Source: an uncultured Erysipelothrix sp. (GTDB lineage: Bacteria > Bacillota_I > Bacilli_A > Erysipelotrichales > Erysipelotrichaceae). From it: a stretch of 59,024 bases of DNA. Within the stretch, counting starts at the first letter, position 1; each line of letters begins with the position of its first letter. The notes below the pieces were generated by a model. It was not told where the DNA came from, did no database searches, and worked only from the letters and a program-made list of their open reading frames with translations. Of the stretch, positions 48,269-57,027 are shown piece after piece. The DNA lies in the NCBI GenBank assembly GCA_965365985.1, contig CBDUDQ010000001.1, positions 1 to 59,024 on the forward strand. Direction: 5' to 3'. The position numbers and the translations under genes were made by a program.

Positions 48269-49729
48269 TTATTTTGTGATGCGTTGTCCTGTTTCCATTT
48301 GTTCAATTAATTGAGTGGCTCTGTTTACAGTTTGCATATTAGGTTCCATTACATATAATGCACGACCTGGCATAGAGAATGTGCTGCTAGATGTCGCTCC
48401 TGTACCTGTAACTTGAATATCGAGTATATCCCAAGGACTCATTGTTCGGAGTTGTTCTCTGATGATACTCTTGAAATCTCCCTCACCCATACTCATGATG
48501 AATACGCCATCAATTGCTGATAAGAAAGAAGGATAATTCTTAATAATTGCAGGACTCATTGCTTTATTAATAATTCCAGTTAAGACTGCTTGTTGGTTTT
48601 TAATTCGAGCATTATCTCCACCTGGTAATGTATAACGCTCACGAACAAAGTTTAAAGCCTGGGTTCCATTCATTGTATTGTTTCCAACTTTGAAACTTGT
48701 TCCACCAGCTGAGAAGTTATATTCTGAGTTTACGGAAATACCGCCTAATGAATCAACAATTTTTGTTAAAGAAGAAAAGTTCACTTTGACATAGAAATCT
48801 ATATCAATCTTGAAAAGATTTTCTAAAGTTTTAACGGACTCACCCACGCCATAAATCCCAGCATGTGTTAGTTTATCTTTTTTACCTTTGGTACCCAATA
48901 CAACATGATAGTCTCTAGGAATACTTGTCAGTAATACTTGATTTTCTTTTGGATTCACTGTCATCAACATGTTAACATCAGATCTTGATACAGCAGATAC
49001 TGGCCCATAAGTGTCAAAACCACTGATGAATATTGTATAGGTATCTGAGTTTACATTTGGTTTCTCTTTACCTGAATTCTCATTACTTAAGTCTACTTTT
49101 ACTTCGTATCCTAATTGATGAATGATTCTTGTATCTTCACTGAAAGTTTCAAATTCTTCCTCAATAAGAGGTCTTTGACCTTCAGAAATTAGGATGACAG
49201 ATTCTTTGCCAGAGTATAGGGCACTAACCAATTCACTGTTTGACATATATTCTTGAGTTGTAAAGGTGTGTTTTAATTTAGTGTTAATATCATTGATAGT
49301 TTCATTGATATACTCACTATCTATATTCATATTCACACCCAAGTCAACATCCTTAATATCATTCACTTTGTTTGCTTTGTTATCTTTTAAAACCAATACA
49401 GAAATAACATGGGTGTCTGTATCTCCACCTGTTATATTTCCGGCAGCGGTATTAGTGATCGATGCGTAGTAAGATCCAGTAATGAGTGCAAGACTTAACA
49501 GAATACTCAAAACTTGAGAAGTACGTCTACCCTTTTGTTTTTTATTTAATAATAAATAAAGATACAATAAGTTGAAGATTGCGAATACAATCAAGACACT
49601 CATTAAATACATCGTCGGAAGTGAATTCAGTTTTAGTATTGAATACACGGCCACCGCACTACTTAGAAGCATAATCACCGCAATGGTAATGCTCAGTTTA
49701 AATGAATTGTTATTATTTTTGTTTTTCAT
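48269..49729 (-). CDS. LCP (LytR-CpsA-Psr) family glycopolymer ligase, CpsA/Wzg-like
   Basis: Three N-terminal TM segments, accessory domain, SGFDTYG...RSDVNM, SIPRD, DKLTHAG, FVRERY, GD..R..NQQ. Confidence 0.94.
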   Translation of the reverse strand: MKNKNNNNSFKLSITIAVIMLLSSAVAVYSILKLNSLPTMYLMSVLIVFAIFNLLYLYLLLNKKQKGRRTSQVLSILLSLALITGSYYASITNTAAGNITGGDTDTHVISVLVLKDNKANKVNDIKDVDLGVNMNIDSEYINETINDINTKLKHTFTTQEYMSNSELVSALYSGKESVILISEGQRPLIEEEFETFSEDTRIIHQLGYEVKVDLSNENSGKEKPNVNSDTYTIFISGFDTYGPVSAVSRSDVNMLMTVNPKENQVLLTSIPRDYHVVLGTKGKKDKLTHAGIYGVGESVKTLENLFKIDIDFYVKVNFSSLTKIVDSLGGISVNSEYNFSAGGTSFKVGNNTMNGTQALNFVRERYTLPGGDNARIKNQQAVLTGIINKAMSPAIIKNYPSFLSAIDGVFIMSMGEGDFKSIIREQLRTMSPWDILDIQVTGTGATSSSTFSMPGRALYVMEPNMQTVNRATQLIEQMETGQRITK

Positions 49730-49827
49730 AATTTCCCTCGCTTAATTTATAGCAATCTATATTATACCTCATTTTGATGACCTTGGGCTAGCTATTTCAA
49801 GTATGTGATAAATCACGAAACAAGGAA

Positions 49828-52800
49828 TCAGCTTATAACAGAAACAGTACTGCCTTCTGGGGAACGTTCAACTCTAATTTGTTGGTCAATTCTGCTTTTT
49901 AGCTCCGGCACATGGGATATGATCCCGACCAAACGAGTACCCATTCCCAAACCACTCAGTGATTCAAGAGATTGGTTCAGTGACTGTTCATCTAAAGTAC
50001 CAAATCCTTCGTCAATAAACATGGCATCTATGCTCACACCACCAGCGAACTCTTGGACTACTTCAGAAAGACCTAAAGCAAGACATAAAGATGCTTTAAA
50101 CGATTCCCCTCCTGATAGTGATTTTACACTTCTTAATACACCGGTGTTGTGGTCAAAGACATCTAAGTCTAGACCTGTTTGGCCTCTTTTATTCATCGGT
50201 TCAATCTGTCTTCTTAATTCGTATCGATTGTCACTCATTACTCTAAAACGTTGGTTGGCAGCTTCAAGGACATATTCAAAATAAGCTGCTTGAACATATG
50301 TTTCAAATGATAACTTATGTTGGCCTCCCAAAGTCCCATCTGCACTTTTAGAAAGTGAGGATAAAAGATTAAATTCTTCAAGAGAACTTTCTTTGATGAA
50401 ATTTAACTTACTAATCTGTTTTTGCTTATTTTCCAGATCATTTAGATATGCGTATGTCGTCATTTTATTTTGATTTAAATTGATTAAATATTCTTGTTTT
50501 TCTTTAATGACAAGCTCTAAATCTTTTGTATCTAAGATAGTAAAAAATTTTAAAGTTTTCTTCAGCTCCTCAATTCGATTCTCTAATACAGTTTTGTTCT
50601 TTTCATATGAATCCAACGCTTCTTTTAAAATAACTTCTTCTTGGCTACTGATAATCGAATTTTCATAGGACTCAATTGAATCAACATCATATTTTTCAAA
50701 AGCGTCCTTCATTAAAATTTCATCCATTTCGAATTTTATTTTTAATGAATCAGATTCTTTATTCAACCTCGATGAGTCATGTTGTTTTAAACTAAGTTCA
50801 TTAACAATTTTTTCATAATTATCTTTAGTTACATTAAATTTATTTTTGTCTGATTTAAGCATCTCAGTCGCTTTTTCATAATATGATTTGGCTTCTTTTT
50901 CGCTTGGAAATGGAAATGATGCTTCGAGTTCTTTTGCTCTTTTTTCAAGATTTTCAATTATGACCAAAGTACGATCTTGAGAAGATCTTAGAGAAGTAAT
51001 ATTATTTTCCAAAACATTCAATGCCTTCATTTTATCTTCTTTTTTTGATAATGCGATATTTTTCTCTTCAATTTTCAAGACTTGATCATTCATCACTTTT
51101 TCATTACTGACAATTATATTGTTAAGCAATTTTAAAGTAGTCTCGAAATCTTCAAAGTCTATATCGGGAGATTGATTGATAGCGCTCTTAAGTAATGCTT
51201 CTAAAGTGTTTATTTCGTATTGATTTTTAAGAAGTGAATTGGATTCCTTCTCGCGTTGTTCACCTAAAACAGATAAGTCATCCTTAATTTTCTTTAAGGA
51301 TTCTTTACTCTCAATTTCATCAGATAATTGAGCTGGTTTAGGATGATCTAAAGAACCGCAAACAGGACATTCTTGTTCATCTTTAAGAGTTTTTGCCAAT
51401 AGTCCAGCTTGAGATAATAAAAAATTATTCTCAGATTCTTCAAAATTCTTACGCTTTAGTATGTATTGGTTATTCAATAGTTCAAAATCATTTTGAACTA
51501 TTTTAAGTTCGTTTTTCTTTTGCTCTAAGTTATAATAATTTTCTTTGTAGGTTATTATTTGTGTGCGTTTTTGTTTTAAATTCGATATATTCAAATCTGT
51601 GTCTCTTAGATTTTCTTTGATTATCAAAATATCTTTGTCATAAGATTCCAAAACCTCTAATTCTTCAAACAGCCTTTGAGCATTCTTTTCATCTTCTACT
51701 TTTGATAATCGAATCTTTAATAATTCGTTTTTTGATGAGTTATAACTCTTAATAATTTCTCTGTGTAGATTATAAAATTCCATGTCGGAATTAAGTTTTG
51801 ATATTTCAATACTGCGTTGCTCAAATAAATCGGATTTTTCTTTTAAATCAACATATACTTTTTCTAAGTCCAATATTCGTTTATTCATGATGGAAATCTC
51901 ATTTTTGATATCTAAAATATTTTGTTTATTTTGGCTGAATATTACTTCGCTATTTTTATAATTATTGACCAGAGATTTAAGATTTCTTTCGAAATTAACG
52001 TGTTTGTTTAGTTTCTTTTTTTTAATTCCAAAATCATTTTCCATTAAAAGAAGTGTACCTAAATTTTCAGAATTTTCCTGGTAAGTTTTTATTTTAATGT
52101 TTTCTTGTTTTATATCACTTAAATCAGAAGATAATTTAGTGAGCATCTGGTTTGTGTTTTCTTCATCTTTTCTTAATGTTTCGAAAGTGTTTATGCTTAT
52201 ATTTTTTAAAGATATTAAACGTTCGGAAAAGGTTTCTTCTAGCATAAAATTGTCAGGGAAAACGATGTTTTTTTCAATCGTCAAAATATCTTGATCTACA
52301 TTTTTTAATGTATCTCTAGATTCTTTAGTTTTCTCTTTTAATATCAATGTAAATTGTTCATATATCTCGGTGTTAAATATCTTTCTCAGAATTTCACCGC
52401 GTTCTTGACTGCTTGCATTGAGAACTTTTAAGAATTCTCCTTGCGCTACCATAACTATTTGTTTAAATTGGCTGGCATTGATGCCCAGTATCTCATCAAC
52501 TTTATCATTCACATCACCTAAACGATCAATAATATGTCCATTTGGCATGGTAATTGATGCTTTAGTGCCTGATAGCGTCATGCCTTCTCCAACCTTTTTG
52601 GGTCTTTGGTAAGCTGGCGAGCGACTGATTGAGTATTCTTTACCTTTGTGAGTGAATACAAGTTCGACGAAAGTATCATGGTTCGCTGTCGCATAATCAC
52701 TTCTCAAGGTTTCTATTTCTCTTGTCGACCCACTGACCTGACCATATAATGCGAACGTTAAAGCATCGAATATACTCGTCTTACCACTACCCGTATCACC

Positions 52801-52899
52801 ACTGACTAAGAACAATCCATTCTGAAATTGATTGAAATCAATAAAAACAGTATTGGCAAATGGACCAAATGCAGAAATCGTCAAATTTTTAGGTTTCAT
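49828..52899 (-). CDS. sbcC: SbcC (Rad50-like) SMC ATPase
   Basis: GDTGSGKT, Q-loop AQGEF, Zn hook CPVCGS, LSGGESF, FIDEGFG, ISH. Confidence 0.96.
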   Translation of the reverse strand: MKPKNLTISAFGPFANTVFIDFNQFQNGLFLVSGDTGSGKTSIFDALTFALYGQVSGSTREIETLRSDYATANHDTFVELVFTHKGKEYSISRSPAYQRPKKVGEGMTLSGTKASITMPNGHIIDRLGDVNDKVDEILGINASQFKQIVMVAQGEFLKVLNASSQERGEILRKIFNTEIYEQFTLILKEKTKESRDTLKNVDQDILTIEKNIVFPDNFMLEETFSERLISLKNISINTFETLRKDEENTNQMLTKLSSDLSDIKQENIKIKTYQENSENLGTLLLMENDFGIKKKKLNKHVNFERNLKSLVNNYKNSEVIFSQNKQNILDIKNEISIMNKRILDLEKVYVDLKEKSDLFEQRSIEISKLNSDMEFYNLHREIIKSYNSSKNELLKIRLSKVEDEKNAQRLFEELEVLESYDKDILIIKENLRDTDLNISNLKQKRTQIITYKENYYNLEQKKNELKIVQNDFELLNNQYILKRKNFEESENNFLLSQAGLLAKTLKDEQECPVCGSLDHPKPAQLSDEIESKESLKKIKDDLSVLGEQREKESNSLLKNQYEINTLEALLKSAINQSPDIDFEDFETTLKLLNNIIVSNEKVMNDQVLKIEEKNIALSKKEDKMKALNVLENNITSLRSSQDRTLVIIENLEKRAKELEASFPFPSEKEAKSYYEKATEMLKSDKNKFNVTKDNYEKIVNELSLKQHDSSRLNKESDSLKIKFEMDEILMKDAFEKYDVDSIESYENSIISSQEEVILKEALDSYEKNKTVLENRIEELKKTLKFFTILDTKDLELVIKEKQEYLINLNQNKMTTYAYLNDLENKQKQISKLNFIKESSLEEFNLLSSLSKSADGTLGGQHKLSFETYVQAAYFEYVLEAANQRFRVMSDNRYELRRQIEPMNKRGQTGLDLDVFDHNTGVLRSVKSLSGGESFKASLCLALGLSEVVQEFAGGVSIDAMFIDEGFGTLDEQSLNQSLESLSGLGMGTRLVGIISHVPELKSRIDQQIRVERSPEGSTVSVIS

Positions 52900-54020
52900 T
52901 TTAGTTCCTCCAATATAGTATTGATGATTTTTCTTCCTTTTTCACCCAATTCATAAGCATTCATTTCAAAAAAGAATTCTTCAAATAAAACTTCTGGACT
53001 TTTATTAATTTTTTCTTCAGCAAAACGAATGTTTTGTTCGGTCTCCCCAAATGCATTTTTTCTCTTTAGCATCAGTGCATTAGGAAAAACATTTCTGATT
53101 CGAGGCATCAGGTCGTATATTTCACCCTCATCCATTAAATTTATTTGAATGATGTCCTCACTGTATGACATTTTAAGAATGGTATCTAAATCTTCTTCTA
53201 TGATTCTCATTTCACGAAGACTTTGAATATCTTTTGTATACATTTCAACTTTATTCTTTTCTTTAAACTCAATAAAACTGTATTTCTTTGTATGATTCAC
53301 TTCTGAGAACGAATATTTTAAAGGGGTTCCACTGTATCGAATGTGTTCAAAACCAATCTGTTGAGGTCTGTGAATGTGTCCAAGAGCAATATAATCAAAT
53401 TTTTGATATTCTGTAATCTCAATTTCGTCCAAGCCCCCTACAGTAAGAAGTGACTCGGAATCAGATAATAGAATGGTTTGACCTCTGCTTATAAAAAACT
53501 GATGTGCTATCAGTACATTTCTTTCTGAATAGTCAAATTTTTCTTGATTCATCACATAGTTAAAAGCCGATTGATAATCGGATTCTTTGAAGTCTTCGTG
53601 TATATTTTTGACATTGGATGGTTTAATAAAAGGTAATAAATAGAAATTTATTTTACCCCACTGATCAAGCAATTCAACTTTTTCTATTTTGCCTTGATAA
53701 TTCTTGGCAATATGAATGTTTTTTGATGCTAAAATTTTCGAACCAACCCCCAAACGTTCAGGTGAATCGTGATTGCCCGAAATAACCAGGACCACTATAT
53801 CTAAGTAAGAAAGTTCAGTTATAAACCAATCCCATAACGAAAAACTTTCCGCACTGGGGTTGACTCTGTCATAAATGTCTCCTGCGATAATGAGAACTTC
53901 AACTTTTTCAGTGTTAAGTGTTTTTAGTATTTCTTTAAGCACAAATTCTTGATCTTCAAAAAACGAATACTCACCTAGTTTTCTTCCTAAGTGTAAATCT
54001 GCCAGATGCATCACTTTCAT
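52896..54020 (-). CDS. sbcD: SbcD (Mre11-like) nuclease
   Basis: HLADLHLG, AGDIYD, GNHDS, YIALGHIH, YSGTPLKYSFSE. Start is either 54020 or 54038. Confidence 0.96.
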   Translation of the reverse strand: MKVMHLADLHLGRKLGEYSFFEDQEFVLKEILKTLNTEKVEVLIIAGDIYDRVNPSAESFSLWDWFITELSYLDIVVLVISGNHDSPERLGVGSKILASKNIHIAKNYQGKIEKVELLDQWGKINFYLLPFIKPSNVKNIHEDFKESDYQSAFNYVMNQEKFDYSERNVLIAHQFFISRGQTILLSDSESLLTVGGLDEIEITEYQKFDYIALGHIHRPQQIGFEHIRYSGTPLKYSFSEVNHTKKYSFIEFKEKNKVEMYTKDIQSLREMRIIEEDLDTILKMSYSEDIIQINLMDEGEIYDLMPRIRNVFPNALMLKRKNAFGETEQNIRFAEEKINKSPEVLFEEFFFEMNAYELGEKGRKIINTILEELK

Positions 54021-54084
54021 ACAATTCGTCTCCCCCATCTTTTAAATTCATTTTAACACAGTTATCTTATTAAAACTTTGAATA

Positions 54085-54110
54085 GAAAAACGCGAGATTA
54101 TATCTCGCGT
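54085..54110 (-). terminator. Terminator overlapping the DUF1015 stop codon
   Basis: Minus strand acgcgagat-ata-atctcgcgt followed by ttttc. Confidence 0.7.
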
Positions 54111-55117
54111 CGACTCATAATTAACAATGATGGAAATTTAGGATTAAAATTACTTGATTTGGGTGGCAAAATTAAAGATTGATCAGACATTTCTATAAAT
54201 GTTTCTTTTTTCATAGGGGCCACTTTAAAACTGATTTCATCTTCCGTAACTAAATAGTCCTGTTCTTTATAAGAAAGTTGAGTGGAATCATATTCATTAA
54301 ACGCTTGAGAAATTACTTGCGTGGTAAGTCGGTATACATCATGATTTGAGAACAAATCATCATTCAGCTCAATGAGTTTAATGAAATATCTGTTCTTTTT
54401 GTAATTTATTTCAACATATCCAGACTTTAAAGGTCCTTGAGTGAATTCGAAGTTTTCTTTACAGTAATCCATACTAATACAAAAATCTTGTTTTGGAATC
54501 ATAACTCTAGTAATAGCCTCAAGGTGAATGTCTTGCATTGAGGAAAGCGTTGTTAAGATGTCCGTTTTTTTACTGCTGAGTTTGGAAGCAGTATAACGGT
54601 GATGGCCATCAGCAATATAAAAATCTTTAATAGTAGAAAATGATTCCAGTAATGTATTCGCTTTATCTTCTTTATATACGTAGACATAATCTTCTTCATT
54701 CAGGTCATGTTTTATTGTGTATTTGTTATCAGAAATAATTTTTCTAAAATCAATTGTTTCCTTTGTTAAAAGAAGTATGGGGGCAGCTTCTGCATTATAA
54801 TACTGGTAGTTATGAGTAATGCCCTGAACCGTATCCGGTATGACCATTTCGTGTGTTTTAATATTCGCATTGAGATCAATATGGCATACTAAAGAGTAGA
54901 CACCGCTTAAAAAAGTTATGAACACAGCGTTTTTAATATTTAGAAGTGGATCATTTTTTAGTGTTTCTTTTTCGAGATTGCTTAAAAAAGTGGTGCGATT
55001 TGGAAAGTGTATCATTCCTTCTTCTATGTGCGCCAAATTTACATAATCATGTTTATATTGTTTTGATTTTAAATTCAAATAGGCATCTTGAATGGGTTTA
55101 AGATACATGTTCATCAC
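54098..55117 (-). CDS. DUF1015-family protein (ParB/Srx-like DGHHR motif), putative kinase
   Basis: FYIADGHHRYTA and C-terminal LPPKSSNFNPK match DUF1015 signatures; overlaps the upstream gene. Confidence 0.82.
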   Translation of the reverse strand: MMNMYLKPIQDAYLNLKSKQYKHDYVNLAHIEEGMIHFPNRTTFLSNLEKETLKNDPLLNIKNAVFITFLSGVYSLVCHIDLNANIKTHEMVIPDTVQGITHNYQYYNAEAAPILLLTKETIDFRKIISDNKYTIKHDLNEEDYVYVYKEDKANTLLESFSTIKDFYIADGHHRYTASKLSSKKTDILTTLSSMQDIHLEAITRVMIPKQDFCISMDYCKENFEFTQGPLKSGYVEINYKKNRYFIKLIELNDDLFSNHDVYRLTTQVISQAFNEYDSTQLSYKEQDYLVTEDEISFKVAPMKKETFIEMSDQSLILPPKSSNFNPKFPSLLIMSRREI

Positions 55118-56927
55118 TTAATATTAGATTTAAAGCATTCACAAGTTCATTATTTTCCTCTGGTGTTTTTACAGCTACTCGAATGTATTGTTTTTCGAAC
55201 CCTTGTTTAGGACTCAAATCCTTGATTAAAATATTATAAGAATCTAAAATAGTTTCACACACATTAATAGATTGAATGTCATCAAGCAGTTCAAACATTA
55301 TGTAGTTGGCTTGTGATGGATACACTTGAATTCTTTTAATTTCACTGAGTTTGTCTGACATATCTTTTCTTACATCGTAAAATTGAGTGAGTGCCTTTGA
55401 GAACTCTTTTTTATATTTTGCGGCAATCTGCATGTAAAACTCTCCAAATGAGTTAATGTTCCAAATCGAGACATCTTTTTTGATTTTAGAAACCAGTTCT
55501 CTATCTGAACTTGCCAAAATGCCCAGACGTACACCGGGTACACCATGAGATTTTGAGATGCTTTTGATTACGATAAGATTTGGATATTGTTCAAGAATTT
55601 CTTGTTCTAATAAGGTGCCATCCGATTCAAGGTTCATAAAGTCAATAAAAGATTCATCCAAAACGACAGTAATATTCTTTTTACTTGCCCATTGAACCAA
55701 TTCTAAAGCTTCTTCTTTAATGATGTAGTTACCACTTGGATTGTCGGGATTAATTAATAATAAAGTATCAATATCTTTATCATTATAAAATTCTATTAAA
55801 TCCTTTGCATCATAACGATAGTCTATGAGACTTGAGTCGAATATTACCCTTTTATCTTCAGTGAGTCTATTTGGATATTCTTCAAATGTAGGTGTGATGA
55901 TCCCCATATTACCCTCAATTTGTGTCATTAAAGACTTGATAAGCTCTGATGCACCATTACCCACAACAATGCAGTCTGGATCTGTAAAGAAATATTTTGC
56001 GACTAAGGAAGTGTTAACGTTCAAGCCTGATGGATAGTCTCTCAATAATCTTTCGAAGTTATTGATCATCTCATCCATCAACATGGTATTAGGATAAAAT
56101 GGATTAACCAAATAACAAAAGTCTTTGAGCCCTGGATATCTCCAGTAACCGCCGTACTTGGACATTATTTTAGTAAATTTAGATTTTTTATCACCAGCAA
56201 ATAATACTTCTGCAATTTCTAAATCATTCACATCGTCTACTTCATACCATGTTTCCCCATCTAAGGGTAACGCCTTGAGTACTGGCTCATCAAGGTAAGC
56301 AATAACCTTGAGCACTTGTTCATAATATTCATTGTTTCCCATAGCCTTACAATACGCCTCTAAGAAAGGTACATAGTGACTGCTTGAAAATTCTTTTGAA
56401 AATTTGTAGATGTTAACAGTTTTATAGTATTGATTAACTTTTGAGTAGTCAAAATCTTTTTTAGAAATGAATGACTTAATGTTGTCTTGATCATCAATGG
56501 TCAAGACCGTACCATCCATCCAGGGTTCATGTTTCGCTACCAAAGCCAAACTGTCGTATTTAGCACTGAGAATCTTTCCAATAATTGACGGGTCGAAAAT
56601 GAGATCCGATTCTAATAACAATGTATCTTCTAATAGAAGATACTCTTTTGCTTTATAAAGAGAGAAAATATTATTTGTAGTGTTATAAACATCGTTATAA
56701 ACAAAAACGATTTCCGTTTTTATGTCTAATTCTTGAACAAATGTTTTTAATAATTCTCCTTCATAGCCTGTTACGATGACAATTCTACTTAGATTATGTT
56801 TATCTAGTGTACCAAGCATTCTTTCGATCATGGTTACACCATTAACTTTTACCATACATTTTGGAACGTCTCTTGTTAATTTTCCAAGTCGTGTCCCATT
56901 ACCTGCTGCTAATATAATTGCTTGCAT
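55098..56927 (-). CDS. Fusion of LicC/PntC-like cytidylyltransferase and class I/II PLP enzyme (CobD/HisC-like)
   Basis: N-terminal AIILAAGNGTRL..PK, YNTTNNIFSL, LESD, WYEVDD..DL. C-terminal GNGASE, PTFEEY, NPDNPSG, DESFIDF, KSISKSHGVPGVRLG (PLP Lys). AGGAGG SD. Confidence 0.9.
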   Translation of the reverse strand: MQAIILAAGNGTRLGKLTRDVPKCMVKVNGVTMIERMLGTLDKHNLSRIVIVTGYEGELLKTFVQELDIKTEIVFVYNDVYNTTNNIFSLYKAKEYLLLEDTLLLESDLIFDPSIIGKILSAKYDSLALVAKHEPWMDGTVLTIDDQDNIKSFISKKDFDYSKVNQYYKTVNIYKFSKEFSSSHYVPFLEAYCKAMGNNEYYEQVLKVIAYLDEPVLKALPLDGETWYEVDDVNDLEIAEVLFAGDKKSKFTKIMSKYGGYWRYPGLKDFCYLVNPFYPNTMLMDEMINNFERLLRDYPSGLNVNTSLVAKYFFTDPDCIVVGNGASELIKSLMTQIEGNMGIITPTFEEYPNRLTEDKRVIFDSSLIDYRYDAKDLIEFYNDKDIDTLLLINPDNPSGNYIIKEEALELVQWASKKNITVVLDESFIDFMNLESDGTLLEQEILEQYPNLIVIKSISKSHGVPGVRLGILASSDRELVSKIKKDVSIWNINSFGEFYMQIAAKYKKEFSKALTQFYDVRKDMSDKLSEIKRIQVYPSQANYIMFELLDDIQSINVCETILDSYNILIKDLSPKQGFEKQYIRVAVKTPEENNELVNALNLILSDEHVS

Positions 56928-57001
56928 TGTAAGTCCTCCTAAATGATATGTTCATATTATACACTTTATCTTAAAAAATGAACAGTCCAGGAGTAAACAA
57001 T

Positions 57002-57025
57002 AAAAAAAACGCTTTTCAGCGCTTT
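57002..57025 (-). terminator. Intrinsic terminator after the ABC-F gene
   Basis: Minus strand agcgct-gaaa-agcgtt (GAAA tetraloop) followed by a T run. Confidence 0.7.
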
Positions 57026-57027
57026 AA

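Noticed and set aside
49805..50284. 159-aa + strand ORF over the sbcC 3' end
   Set aside because: It is the antisense frame of the conserved SbcC ATPase motifs, with no independent evidence.
49828..54038. SMC-like ATPase + nuclease as an anti-phage or anti-plasmid system
   Set aside because: It is a canonical sbcD-sbcC pair with a Zn hook and no accessory defence genes. The low GC in the coiled coil reflects Lys/Glu/Asn/Ile composition.
55098..56927. Phosphonate (AEP) biosynthesis or cobalamin/histidine pathway assignment
   Set aside because: There is no PEP mutase or phosphonopyruvate decarboxylase, and no cob or his genes, in the window. The PLP domain is class I/II rather than the class V AEP-transaminase type. 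This cannot be excluded genome-wide.
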